The position numbers and the translations under genes were made by a program. A DNA stretch of 64,000 nt from assembly GCA_965153285.1 (NCBI GenBank), contig OZ229118.1; one strand, 5' to 3'. The notes beneath the pieces were generated by a model, which saw nothing but the letters and a program-made list of their open reading frames with translations, did no database searches and was not told the origin of the DNA. Numbering within the stretch: the first letter of the stretch is position 1; each line of letters begins with the position of its first letter. The stretch comes from Podarcis tiliguerta. Its lineage: Eukaryota. Of the stretch, positions 49,406 to 62,880 are shown piece after piece.

Positions 49406-51548
49406 CTCTCCATCTCGGCATGCAAAGAGAGACCTAAGGATGACTCAAGTGGGTCAACAGGCGTCTTAGTTTGGTAAAGCAAAGTGAAACATGATAATGG
49501 TATATTTGGGCTGCACTTTCAGAGGACGGAAAATACAGAAGGTAGAAGATGGCTGTTAAAAAGAAACGAACTCATAACTAAGAAATAGATAAATACATCC
49601 CAGAAGCCTCTTTCAGCTCTCAGGCTGCGCTTGTCCTAAATTAGCTTGTCCTTAAGAATAGCTAATTTAAAATCTTCTCCCTCATGTTGCAGGAAACACA
49701 GAGGGACATGAGTACACTCCACCTCTTTTCCAGTGAACAAATCTCTTCCAAACGAAATAAAAAAACGGAATAACAAGAAGGGATTTGCGACACTGAATGT
49801 CAAAAGCAACTACCCTGTTTAAGTAACATGTTTTCCTTACTAATAACTGTAGCATTCGATTTGGATTGCACAAAAGGATTCTGCAGGCAATGGGGATGCG
49901 GCAAAATGGGATAATCTCTGTCAGAATTAGATACACAGCTCTTCTGACAACAAAGTTCATGTTAATTTCAGACTTAAATTTCAAAATTGGGATTTAGAAT
50001 GAAATATACATGAACTTCATTTTGCTTTTTGGCATAAATGGCACACCTTGTATATGAGAAATAATTCTGCTTTTGATAATATTTTTAGCTAGCTAATGTG
50101 GAAGCGAAAAACTTGCAGTGATGTGGGGTCCCCCCCCCCATAAAGCGGGGACTGTCAGTATGGCTTATAACCAATGCCTGAAGTTTACTTTTAATATTTT
50201 TTAAAGTAAAATCTCTGTGGCAGTAAATGCCACTATCCTTAGTTTAGAATTTCAGGCTACATTTAATTTCATGGAAGAACTAATTCACTGTCTTGTGAAA
50301 TATCTATGGAAAGACTTTAAACAGAGGTGTTTTGATGCATTATTTTAATGTTTTCATAAGATTAAAAATGTGCAGCACCTACTATAGTACAAAATATTAA
50401 TATTTCTTGTAAACCACTTAGAGGTTTTGTTACAATCAAGCTGTGTATAAAATCTTGTTAAATAAAAACTAGGTCAGCTAGAAATTACACATTATCTTAT
50501 TTATTAATAGATTGTGTTCTACTGTTCAGGACAATATCCTACCAAGGTGGATTAACTCAGTTAAATTATTTAATCATCAAAACAGAACTTTAGATTTGAA
50601 CCTACACTTTTTGGGGGGATTCAGACATCAGCTAAAAACATATATTTAACTAGGCATTTTTAGTTCCATTTGGTAAAGTATATTTTAATGACTGTTATAT
50701 TCAGTCAAAACTGTTCAACTATACTGATCTTATAGTCAGATATTGGTTTTTAATACCAAGTTCAGTGGTAACCATAATTTTCTCTGACTGTAATAGCTAA
50801 CTGTGCAGCACAATATCAGACAAGACTGAGACAGGGCAATTTTGTCCTGCAGCACCATACAGATCAAAACTGGATGAGATTGGGACACTTATTGATAATA
50901 TGACAGTGCAGGGGAGATTCTATATAGCTTTAGCAGAATTCAGCATTACGAATATTGATTTTTCTACCATATAGAATTAGAACTACTGTTTGTGGCAATA
51001 GAATTGCCATGCTTTCCAAGTTCCCAGTATATAATTCAGATAAGAATAATCATTTGTGGCAAAGTTACTGAGCAATTATTATTGGTTTACCAAGTCCTGA
51101 AGTTTTATGTGTGTGTGTGTGTGTAAAATCGTATTCTAGGATTCTTTAATGAAATGAGGAAAGTGCTTTAGTTTAATGTATTTACTAATTGCACATCCGG
51201 AATGCATCCCCTCCCATTGCAATTATGTGCATATAACTTAGCTGCAATTTTCCTTTACGTTTTGCTTCCTTGCTCTCTTCTTCTTAAATAAAGTGAGTTT
51301 TCGGAGCCAAACTAAATTAGAATGCACATTAGTTTACTTAATAACTTGTGCCAGGGTAGGGAATGATTTCATCGGGACTGCAGTGCATAGGGAAGAGAGG
51401 TTTCACACTTCCCTCCCCAGCTGGAATCCTGATGAAGATCACCTGGTGTGCTGCTGTTAGTCTTGGTAAAAATCTTTTATTGACACTTTCCATCTCTAAA
51501 ATAGAATGGTTCTAAAGAGACTTTGCAATGTACCAAGTTGCCAATAGT

Positions 51549-51998
51549 CAGTGGCGTAGCACTGTTTGCCGGTGCCCAGGGTGGGAGCATGTGGATGTGT
51601 ATGGTGCTCTTCACCCTCCACAGGGCCGTCTTATGTATATCCGGCGCTGTGGTGCAAAGATCCCTCCGGCACCCTCTCCCCCCATTTCCCAGAGTTGCCG
51701 ACCTTCTTACAGCGCTGCCCGCAGCTTTGCAAGGCTGGAAGAGGCGGACAGCAGCTGGAGGGTGGCTCCTCAAGCTGGGAAGAGACGGAGGCTCTGGGCG
51801 CGGAGCTGCTTCAGGAAGGTGGGCGAGGGCGGCGAGCTGATACTAGGAGGCGCTGTGTCCAGCCTTTGCCTCTTCCCTGGTGCCCTCCAGAACTTGGCGC
51901 CCCGGCGCCCCACACCACTTGCCTCTATGGGCAAGACGTCCCTGACCCTCCTGATCCCATATGGTGCACGAGTCCCCACACATCAGCTTATGCCACCA
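51549..51998. mobile_element. hAT MITE nested in an older hAT MITE
   Basis: Outer starts CAGTGGCGTAGC, with a decayed right end gcttatgccacca. Inner 51621-51944 has TIR CAGGGCCGTCTT / AAGACGTCCCTG and TSD ACCCTCCA / ACCCTCCT. Confidence 0.8.
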
Positions 51999-52421
51999 GT
52001 CTTATGTAGACAATTCAGAAAACAAATATCCATAATGGTTAGTTGATCGTCTTTGATTTAAAATTTTAATGTGGTTTTTTAAAATATAGAGACATGGTCA
52101 TAAACAATGTACATATTTATGGTATAGTGTTGTGGGGGTGTAGATAAATAAATAAATAGATCTGAGACTAAATAGTGGCAGAGGCATGAGCTGAAGAGAA
52201 GCATTGGAGTGGAAGTTGGGTTTTGTTATTATAGTGTAAGTAAATACTCCCCTCTGCACAGAAGTATGCAGATCTTGTCAACTGTGATGAGATGAGCGAT
52301 AGTAGCAAATGTGGAAATGGTCTGTTCGAAATGCAAACTCCCACACTTCAGAAATCCATTTCCCATTTTGACCGCTTAGCTGTGGGTCATAATGCTGATC
52401 TCATATTTGAGAGGGGAAATA

Positions 52422-52655
52422 CAGTGGTACCTCGCAAGACGAATGCCTCGCAAGACGAAAAACTCGCAAGACGAAAGAGTTTTTTTGTTTTTTGAATTGC
52501 TTCGCAAGACGAATTTCCCTATGGGCTTGCTTCGCAAGACGTTTTCTTAAAACCGTCAATGCATTCCTATGGGAAACCGTGCTTCGCAAGACGAAAAATT
52601 CCCAAGACAAAAAAACTCGCAAAACGAATTAATTTCGTCTTGCGAGGCACCACTG
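52422..52655. mobile_element. Tc1/mariner-type MITE, family C, with internal TCGCAAGACG repeats
   Basis: TA-CAGTGGTACCTCGCAAGACGAA ... TTCGTCTTGCGAGGCACCACTG-TA. Confidence 0.9.
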
Positions 52656-52659
52656 TATA

Positions 52660-52990
52660 CCGTAGTTTTCCATGTATAAGACGATGGTTTTTTTATTCAA
52701 AAATGATGCTAAAAATTGAGGGTTGTCTTATACATAGATAGTTCAGGGGGGGATGGGCAATTGGTTGCAGTCACGAGCAGGGGATTGTCAGTGGCGATCA
52801 GGCGAGTGATTAGTGGCTATGGCAAGGCCTGCTGTTGATTTGCTGCTGCTGTGGCAATTGGGTGGGCAACCCCCCCAAAAAAAGCTCAACAACTGTCTGT
52901 GGGCAATCTCCCCCCATTTTCTTAATTTGGAGTCTCCAAAAATAGGGGTCGTCTTATACATGGGTATGTGTTATACACTGAAAAATACGG
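52660..52990. mobile_element. Tc1/mariner-superfamily MITE with CCGTA termini
   Basis: TA-CCGTAGTTTTCCATGTATAAGAC ... GTTATACACTGAAAAATACGG-TA. Confidence 0.82.
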
Positions 52991-53808
52991 TATGTAGCCA
53001 AGGTTTGCAAGGAAATACAAAGTTCAACAACTTTTCTAATGCTGAGTATCCTTTCTGTATTTTGCAATGATTCATGGTTATTTCAAGTGTACCTTATAAG
53101 GTACATTTTTATATCAAATTAACATTAGGTTGTAGAAAATCAGTTAGCTGTTAGGTGTGTGATTTGTACGTTGTACGTTGTGATTTGTACACTGCAATAT
53201 TGCATATTGTGATTCATGATATTTTAGTGTTTATACTTTTACAGTGGTCCTGATTTGACTTGATATAGCTGCTGCTATTTTACAGAGAGAACCTGACATT
53301 TTGAAGTCAGCAAAGCTTAATTGCTCTGTTTAACTCTCTTAGGTAATAAAGAATCTTCCCTCCTGGAATTCTCCAATTTAGATGCTAATCAGTCTTTTTG
53401 CCAGGCAGATGAACTTTTGCTGGCCAGGCCTTATGGGTTTGGATCAGGGATCTAAAACCATTTTCAGCCTGAGGGATATTCTGGGCAACCTCCTGTGGGC
53501 CACTTGCCAGTGGTGATGGGGGTGGAAGACAAAAGAGCACAGAGCAACAAATGTGAATTTTACCCTTATACAATAGGCTAGTTTCTACCCATACTCACAC
53601 AGCCCTCTCTATCCACCATCCAGGAAGACAAGAAGCATTATCAGAGTTCAAGGACATATTCCTCCTGCCAGGCAAAAACATTTGAGGAAGCTGCAAAACA
53701 GAGCCTGTGACGGATACAGACTTGGGAGATGGGTTGGAGGGGGGGGTGTATGGCCTGGGGGGAAGTCTCTAGGCCACATTTGGCTCACAGTCCTGAAGTT
53801 CACCATCC

Positions 53809-54202
53809 CAGACCTTCCAAGTGTGCCTATTTTCCAGAGACAGTCCCAGATTTACAGAAGCCATCCCTGTTTTTGATTTGATCCCAGAATGTTCCATTTT
53901 TCCTTAGGACATCCCTATTTTCATTGGAGAAATGTTGGAGTTATATGACCCCTGAGCCAAGGAAATAAGCAACTACATATACAACCTTTAGAAGACATCT
54001 GAAAACAGCCCCGTATAGGGAAGTTTTTTTAATGTTTAATGTTTCATTGTATTTTTATATAATTTGGAATTTGCCCAGAATGGCTGGGCAACCCAGCCAG
54101 ATGGGTGGGGTATAAATATAAATATAATAATAATAATAATATAATAATAATTAATAGTAGTAAGATGTCCCTATTTTCACCACAGAAATGCTGGCAGGTA
54201 TG
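53809..54202. mobile_element. hAT-like MITE carrying an internal L2 3' tail, inserted in the end of an older element (~53401-54212)
   Basis: Ends cagaccttccaa / ctggcaggtatg; repeated ccctatttt submotifs; internal gcccagaatggctgggcaacccagccagatgggtggggtataaat plus (AAT)n matches the L2 tail. Confidence 0.6.
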
Positions 54203-56629
54203 CCATCTCTGGTATAGATTACTGAAAAGGCATGGGGAACCGCAATCCCTGTCTCTTTCTCCCCTTTTCTTCATTGTTTTGGCGAGGCACCTGGAAATCT
54301 GGATTTAAACCCTGTGGGCCTACTTTCACTTAAGTTATTGGTTGTGAAATATAATACCGGTAAACAGGTAGTTTTGTTTGATGTAAGAAACTGAGACATC
54401 CCTAAAGGGCTATTGAGTAAACAGAAAATTGTTAAATGCCTTTTAGAAGAGGTGATGGCTGGCAATTATCATTTTTGTGAGTCCTTGATTGCTGACTAGG
54501 AAACCAGCTGAGAATACAAGTCTAGAAGTCTGGTAAAACCCAGCTCGACTCCAGGTCTCCCACGGGTATTGCTGCAGTTTCAGTAGTTACCTTAATGAGC
54601 TATTTATTTCCCTCTTTTCTGTCACAGAGAGAGAAACCGCAAATCCAAATGATGAGTCCCAAACACAACAGCCTAAATATATGAATAGCACTTAATAAAC
54701 ATGGCTAAAGCAAAAGTGAATGTAAGAGGAGCTAGATCAGGCCAAAGGCTCATCTAGTCCAGCAATCTGTTCCCAGAATGGACAACCAGATCCCTATGGG
54801 AAGCTTGCTAGCTGGACATCAGTGCAAAAGCACACTGCTCATCTGCAATTCACAGCAAAATTCAGAGAAATATTGCCTCCAACATGTGGTATATAAGACC
54901 CTGAAGTGAAAAGAGCTTGTATAAAGTCAAGTAAAGCCCAAAACAATATGAACGAGGTGGTGTGTTTCTTCTCCTCTTGAATATTTCTGTATATTTATTC
55001 CTCTTTCTCTCTGGAAGTATATTTAGCCAAGAGTACATGCTGGCATGAATTAGATACAGAAACACATGACTGGTCATATAAACAAGGCTGCTTAACTAGT
55101 CCAGGCTTTCGCATGAGATAAGACTGGTAGTTGTGCTTACTGCAGGCCACCAAAAAGATGGAAGAAAACATGTCCTTTAAGTGATCCCTTTGCTTTTGAA
55201 TAATACAACAAGCTTTGTTATTGGAAAGGGTCATGGGAAACTTCCAGCTTCAGAATAGGGTCACACAGGCAAAAACAAAAACACCCCTGACAACCCCCTA
55301 CAAAACTAGATAGCAATAAATGTTGCCAGATAGACAGCAGCCCACAATGCAGTTTCACATAATTTTTATTCCATTGCATGATTATATACAATTTTGTTTA
55401 CATTCAGAAAACTGGCATTAAACTGCCAAGTTTTACAATTAGAAAATGCTCATTTTGTAAGTATCCAAACGCTTTGTGGAAATCTTTCTGTGCGTATCTG
55501 GGAAGGTTCATTTTTTGATGAACACTGAATTTAAATTTGAGTTTCCAGAATTTTGAAAACCAGAAAGAATTGAATTGGAGAAAAGCAGCTCCCAGATTTT
55601 GGAACTCCTCTCCTAGAGAAGTTAGGCCGGCTCTCTCCTTGTTGTCCATCCACCAGCCGATAAAGACCTTTCTTATTACAACAGGACTTTAGGAACTGAC
55701 CGAAAGGGCTAGTGCTATGATAGCTTTCTTCTTTTGCTATAATTTGTATTTTTAGATAGATCTGTTTAGATAGTTTTTGTTCTATTAGTGTTGTCTTTAA
55801 AAAGTTAACCTGCTCTGTTTTTAGGGGTTTTCTTTATTTTAGCCTTTAATCCTTGCCTGGGGAAAATATGGAATATAAATAAATACATACAATTTACTTC
55901 TCCCCCTTTGAAATAGTCCTGAAACAGAGGAGGCAAAGGAACATACTGCTTATTCTTGGGAAGCTGGTATTCCCATTGACATGAGGATTTCCCCAAAAAG
56001 CAAATAGCAGCTTCTGCATAGGAATTTCCCTCAGGACTGCAACATGGAATGAACAGGTTAGTTTCCCCCTCCACAACTGCTGCAGCCCAATAATTATCAG
56101 CCTACTCTGCAACTGATCGGATTTGCAAAGGTGCATTTAACACAGGAATGGAGACTCTGCAACCCTCCAGATGTTGGGCCCTCAACTGACATCAGCTCGA
56201 GCCAGCCTGGCCAGTGGTCAGGGATGACAGGAGATGTAATCCAGCTGGGATGGGCAGAGGTCTCTCATCTCTGATTTAACATTGCATAATTTGGCTCAAA
56301 AATGAACACAAAAGCCATGCCAGTTGCCTATCCATTTTATCATAAGATGCTGTTGTAAATTCATTACCCTAACTCAGTGTTCATTTGGAAACGCTGGTGT
56401 AAAATTACTTTTTAGTATATAAGGCTATGTTTGGCAAGTCATCGGCTTCAGAAGTTAATACCCTAGAGCCAAATACGTTTTCCTCTGATACTTCAAATAT
56501 TCTCTAAAAGTCATATTTGGGGGTCCACAATGGTGCTCACCAATGTTGATTTTGTGTTTAGTACGCAATTTGAGGGGACAACAAAATGAGAGATCAGCAG
56601 GGACTCATTTCTGAACTCGCTCTGAGCAG

Positions 56630-56680
56630 CTTCTTCTTCTTCTTCTTCTTCTTCTTCTTCTTCTTCTTCTTCTTCTTCTT
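56630..56680. repeat. (CTT)n microsatellite
   Basis: Directly visible. Confidence 0.95.
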
Positions 56681-57870
56681 GCTCCTGTGCATTTCTGAAG
56701 CATAATACAGCTTCACAGATAAGATCTCTTCCTTCCCATTTTTTATGGGATGAATAGCGTGGATGGTGACAACAATTTCTGGCCGGCTACCAAGGCTACA
56801 TTTCTGTCAACACGCCGTTCTATACTGCAATTCAAAATGAGGTTTCTCTAGCATTACTGTGGTTCAGAAGCGGATGTAACATTAATGTCCTCTGTATTCC
56901 TTCTGATTATATTTAAGCAGAGAAATGTAGAGGAAGCCTTTGTTCTGAGAAACAGGATAAAGGAGATGTTAACCTTCAAAGACTTTGCTGATTGCAAATG
57001 ACAAAAGAGGTGTGACAAGACTTCATTATATTAATGCGGAGAACATAAAAGCAATGTACTTGTGACAACAACTATTAACGTAATAGCACCTTGACCATAC
57101 TGGGCAGTAAAAAGGCACACAGACAAAAAGGACAAAACCAAGCATAGCCCTCAGTGCTGACCCATGGACAGGGAAAATGGGGTCTTTTACTCAATGTACA
57201 GCTGCCTGCTTTACAGTGGCCATTTTCATAACAAGGAAAAACAGTCAGATGCTGAGCTTTAGGCATTTTTAGAGCATCTATAAAGTTTTAGGGGTAAAAA
57301 TGCTTCCAATAAGTTACCTCAACCAGTGGGGAGTGACAGAAAGGCAACCTGTTCTTCCTTCTCAATGATTCCTTCTCTTTAAGGAACTACCTTTGTAAAG
57401 TACATCACTTCCTTTCAGGTTTTAGTCCATTTTCTCCAATTTAGTGTATGCTAGTGTTTAGTTCTTGGCTCCACTTTGGCCGCATGTGAAACCTAGGCAA
57501 TGATAATTAACTTGAATGAGGAACATCAATACCCAACAGACAAGGAAATCATCATGTTTGCAGCTGAAAAGACACACAAGTTGATGAAGAGAAGGATGAA
57601 CAAATTATTTGTCTGTTAGGTGAGAGTGATGATGACCAACCCAGTTTTCAGTGGGTGGGTGGTATGTGTGAGAATGGACATTGTCAGTGTTATGTGTAGA
57701 TATAGATGAATGGGTATGTGTCAATAGGTGTGTGTGGTGGCTCTATGCACTTTGTATTGGCCCTTCCCACCACTGCATATGGCCCCAGGAAGGTTACCTA
57801 CAAGAGAATGTGCCCCCAAGCTGAAAAATGTTCTCTATCACTGTGTTATTGCTGTTGTATATCTACACAC

Positions 57871-57874
<4 letters not shown>

Positions 57875-57902
<28 letters not shown>
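57875..57902. repeat. (AG)n microsatellite
   Basis: Directly visible. Confidence 0.95.
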
Positions 57903-57905
<3 letters not shown>

Positions 57906-60797
57906 AGTTCAAAACAATTAGCATAATCCAGCAATTTAAATCCCACTGATTTCACTGGGAGATTTTAAACTTGAGTTAGAATGTGTTATAATTTTTGTTT
58001 TGCTTTGGTGTGGTTTATTGGTTTATTTCCCCCTCCCCCACCTCCATATCTAAGAATGGTTTTAAATTACTAAACATGTTATACAATAGTAGCCATATGG
58101 AGATGGATCACCATAAACCTCAACAGAGCACTGTTTCTCTCTCCCCCGCCTCTTCCACGCCATGTATGCAGGTGAAGATGTGAGCCACTGGGTATTACAG
58201 TGAATGGAAGATCTGTGCATACCTCTTGGATGAATCAAGATGCTTATTTAAAAATACTGTTTCTTGAGTCAAAGTAGCTTACATCTGAATTATTCAACAC
58301 AAACAAATCATGTCATGAGAATACAAAACTAAATCAAAACACATGGCTCACCAGAAAAATCTCGGGGGAAAAATGCTTTATCCCCAGGAATCTGACCTAT
58401 TTGTAAAATTAGCTGTAGGACAGGTCATTTACAAGATGCTGACAATCTTGGCTGAATTACTTGAAAGGATACACATCAATATCCAAGTTCCATCCTTGGA
58501 TCTTCCCTACCATAATACTTCACAGCAGGTTACTGTTTAGCAGTGCTATTGCTGTCATTCAGAAGAATTTATTCGGCTTTTGCACTTTGATCACATTGGC
58601 TCAGTCAAGAGATCAAGCAGCTACTCAGTTTAGTCTTTGTGGCAGGCAAGCCCAAGAAAAGCACTATCGGGTTGAATATGTAATAAAGGCACAACCCACA
58701 CAAAACAATTACGGTAAATCGGATTCACCATAGATAGTGTTTTGCTTTGCTGTTGGGGGTCTTTTGCCAGGTTGATAGAAAACAGCATAGGCTTTAACAT
58801 CTTATTAGTATACCATAAGTCATGATGAGATGTAGAAAGAGTCCCTCCTTGAACACTTTGCAAGGGTCAGACATCTATAGAAGGGGAGATGTACAGCTAG
58901 GAGGGAAGAGATTCTGCTAATATAGCTTGGGTCGTACATACCTTAGGTAAAATTTGCCCAGTGTATGTCCTGTGGCCTAAAAAATGGTAAACCATGGGTT
59001 GTCTTCACCCTGTTATGTGAGGTGACAACAGAGGTAGTCATTGTGCTGCCCTCTGGGTATTGTTGGATAATCTCTGATCATTGAATCATTGACCATGTTG
59101 GCTAGTTTTAATCCTGAAACATTTGGAAGGCACTATGTTGGCTACTCCTGGACTATGAAGGGATGGTTTATTTAGCCAAAGACAGCAGTGCAAATGCAAT
59201 GATGTGCTTCTTCCTGTGGTGATCATTCCTGATGGTTGAAGCAGGTTATAGGACTGTGACCCCTGCTTTAAATCTGTAAAATCTTCCCACCCAGGGTACA
59301 TTAATTTTAGCTGTGTAGAAGCACCCATAGCCTACTCTGCCCTTCTTGATTAAAAGTTAGCTTTAAATTACATTAGAATGATGACAGCTCCATTGGGGTC
59401 AGGGAAATTGCCTGGATATCCACAAAAGCCCATTTAGTCTCTAGGATGCTACATACACAGAAGAACAACATCCTAAAAGCTATTATTTTCTATCGATTTT
59501 TCCACCTCTGGCTCATTCCTATCCTCGAGAGAGAGAGAGGAAAGATATAGATAGAAACAGGTTTCCCCCTTTTTTTAGTTCTTTCATTACAGCACCCTTA
59601 TCACCTCAACTTCAATCTGATCTGAAGACAGCAATACCTATGAGACCTATCACTGGTGAATTAGTCTCTTGTGCTTTCAGATACACCACCCAAAATTTAT
59701 CAGGAGAGCTATTTTCAAAAGGAACATTGTCTGGATTGCTAGACTATGACAAACGTCATGAGAGCACCTGTGTTTTCTTAGTATTTCAGGACAGGTAGAG
59801 TAATAAATGAATATTAATCCACCTCAAACCTGTTATGTCCCTTTTGTATTTAACTCTTGAACAAACATGTATAAGGAATTGTTGTAGTATGATTTTCCCC
59901 CCCATATACAGAATGTAATAATTAAGACCTACAGAGTAGTGGAGGGCAATTATGGACCACTGCAGCTCTGGACTTTCCTGAGAGCAGGGTTGGTGATGGC
60001 ATCTGCTGGAACATCAGGGTAATTGAAGGACCCACCTTGTTCTGAAAACTGATAAGGAGGATTTCAAGTTTTGACCTGTGTAACAAATCAGCATAGAAGA
60101 AGTCAGAGAAGGGAGGAAAGAATTAAGCAGAGGACTGGATACCTCTTTCCATTTCTTTGATGGGGTCCTCCTTCACACTTGCAGTTAAAATAGTAACTCT
60201 TCTTTGCAAGATTTGTCTGCATTTCTAACTAAAAGCTAAAGGTTGTCTTTCAGCTGGCTGAATATCTTTTCTTAAAGCTCTGTATATTTCATAAGTTGGA
60301 CCATGCAGTCAGAACCCCTGAGTTCAATGATGCTGACCTATAGGCAAGTGTGCATAGTTTTGTAGCCTTGCCACATGCCACATGGTTTGTTATTTACGGT
60401 GCAGTAGAAAAATTGGCCATTTCCCTCTGTTTTTGTAGTAAAATTTATATATATTTCTTTGCATTTATTGCTGCACTCCTTCCACCAACTTTTTCAGGTT
60501 TCACAGAACAGTTCCTTGAGCTGGATACTGAATAGAACAAATGGGTGGGTGTGGGAGAAAAGGAAAACATTGTTGCTAAAGAGCACAGTGGAGAGGACTT
60601 CCAGCATGACCTATAAATATCATTGGATACAACCCAAAGCCTGTCATTCCTTCAATAGATATGCAGTGCAAATGTAAAATCTATACAGGCCACCATGCTT
60701 ATTTGCTTAACAAATTCCTTTCTCTGCATTCTCTTCTGCATTTAAATCAACCAGGTGAGAAAGATCCAAAGGCAATTTAAGCTCTGTACTGCATATA

Positions 60798-61144
60798 AAG
60801 GTAAAGGTACCCCTGCCAGTCTTGACAGACTCTAGGGTTGTGCGCCCATCTCACTCAAAGAGGCCAAGGGCCAGCGCTGTCCGAAGACACTTCCGGGTCA
60901 CGTGGCCAGCGTGACATCGCTGCTCTGGCGAGCCAGAGCCGCACACGGAAACGCCGTTTACCTTCCCGCTAGTAAGCGGTCCCTATTTATATACTTGCAC
61001 CCGGGGTGCTTTCGAACTGCTAGGTTGGCAGGCGCTGGGACCGAACAGCGGGAGCGCATCCTGCCGCGGGGATTCGAACCGCTGACCTTTCGATTGGCAA
61101 GCCCTAGGCACTGAGGCTTTAACCCACAGCGCCACCCGCGTCCC
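60798..61144 (-). mobile_element. Sauria SINE (Squam1), full length, different subfamily from 39347-39700
   Basis: Same head and (ACCTTT)n tail; 13-bp TSD TGTACTGCATATA (60785-60797, 61145-61157). Confidence 0.93.
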
Positions 61145-61569
61145 TGTACTGCATATAGACATGCTCAAATTATGAGTTCTCTGCCAGGAAACTCTATACA
61201 GAAAGCTTCAAAACATGGACTGTATATTGCAAAGGGGTCATTCAGATCCAGTTTTTCTGTGTGTGCATTTGGCAAGTCAGTTTCCAGGCATTCCTATTTT
61301 TTCAGCTGTGGAAATTCATTGCTTTCCTGCTGGTTGTTGTCCACACCAGTGGACAGAGCTTAATGGAATGAGCCCTCCACTAACTTTTTTTCATTATGGA
61401 CATGGGCACAAGGACAAATGCTACGAGCTTTCTCCAGCCAGTTATCAAGCACTGAAATTGGCAAAATGGGTACACGAGGCATCCTTTTGCATTTGTGCTT
61501 TTTTTAACAGTGAGGTCTTGCACAAGAGTTCAAGTATGGTAAGACTGACTCCCATATTTTTTTTTTTAA

Positions 61570-61570
<1 letters not shown>

Positions 61571-61623
<53 letters not shown>
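61571..61623. repeat. (TAT)n microsatellite
   Basis: Directly visible. Confidence 0.95.
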
Positions 61624-61624
<1 letters not shown>

Positions 61625-62089
61625 CAAATGTATGTGCTGCAATTATAGTTGGCCATTTAGCTCCCCACATCACAGGTAGCCAAATTGGTGGCATCCAGAT
61701 GTTACTGAACTACAGTTCCCAGTAGCTCAAGCAGCATGAGTAATGGCCAGGGTCTATGGGAGCCAAACTTGTTACAATATTTTGGATACAGCCAAAAGTG
61801 CTATAAAAAATTTAGTTTCCGATTAATGTATCGAGGAATTCTTTGTATAATCCTATAAATTTAGCCTTGTTTGAAATGCATTCAGTTCTGAGATAGATAC
61901 ATATTTATTGGTCATTACTGAAAAGAGATAAGATATATCTACTTTCTCTTTAATTTGTCTTCTACTGGTTTTCTAAATCAAGTATTTGTTTAAATACAGC
62001 CCTCGGGGAATCATAAAATGTATTACTGGAACATCCCACAAGAATAAATGTTCAAGAAGGATATAGCCATGTTAGTCTCTCTGATGCAG

Positions 62090-62245
62090 TGAAAACAACA
62101 GAGTCTCAAAGAATAGCAAATTGATGATGGTTTATGCATTCGGGGCAAGAGCCGCTTTACAACATGCAATTGAAATGACCTTCAGACCATGAAAGCATAT
62201 GCTATAATAAATTAGTCAGTGTTCAAGGTGTCACATCAGAACTTT
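62090..62245. mobile_element. Highly decayed Penelope-like inverted remnant
   Basis: aaaacaacagagtc... left arm; catgaaagcatatgctataataaattagtcagtgttcaaggtgtcaca right arm, matching 22820-22875. Confidence 0.45.
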
Positions 62246-62399
62246 GCTATTAGATTATTGGCAACACTGTGTAGATGCCGAAGTTTTTTAAGTTCATAGT
62301 CTGAAGATCAATCTTTTATACTCGTGTTAAACTTCCTCAGTGATTTCAGTCCTGTCTATTGACCTGCAGAGGCATTGCATTCCCAAAATTTCAATTGGG

Positions 62400-62880
62400 T
62401 AATTTATTTCCATTTATTTATTTATTTATTGACCACCCCCTCATATATAAAACACCAAGGTGATGATCAACTAAATATGTAGGTACAATAAAACATACTA
62501 TATCATAAAGACATTACAAAATAAGCATCAAAATGATCCCAAAAAAGCTTAAACAACTAAATAGTTGTTATATTAATAGGCCTGTTAGCATAAAGGCTCC
62601 TTGAGAGATGTCTGAAAATTAGCAATGTGGATGCCTAGCGAATCCCTGGTGTAAGATTATTCCATAGTATGAGATCACGAAATGTCCAACTTCTAATTTC
62701 AATCATTTGGGCTTCTAAAATATGGTGGGCAACTAATAGCACTCTTCCATATTATATCAGTGATTACCCTGGGGTATAATGGCCCGGACACTCCTTAAGG
62801 TATTCTGCATTCAAGTTCCTCAGGCATTATATGAGAACTTGGAACCCGGCCTCCTAGCTTGGGCAGCCATTGCAGTGCTG
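62400..62880 (-). mobile_element. Old L2-like 3' remnant
   Basis: (TTTA)n tail, then degenerate L2-like body (ctccttaaggtattctg...ttggaacccggcc...gggcagccattgcag). Another short L2-like piece lies at ~55585-55690 (+). Confidence 0.45.

Noticed and set aside
51477-52046. Overlapping 98-172 aa ORFs
   Set aside because: They fall on nested GC-rich hAT MITEs; no protein similarity recognised.
52422-52655. CRISPR-like appearance of spaced short repeats
   Set aside because: Repeats are 10 bp with irregular short spacers, enclosed by TIRs and TA; eukaryotic DNA with no cas genes.
57148-57172. REST/RE1-like half sites (gtgctga...ccatggacag)
   Set aside because: Half sites are in non-canonical orientation and spacing.
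61215-61679. 154-aa ORF with poly-Tyr (also 27746-28020)
   Set aside because: Produced by (TAT)n microsatellites.
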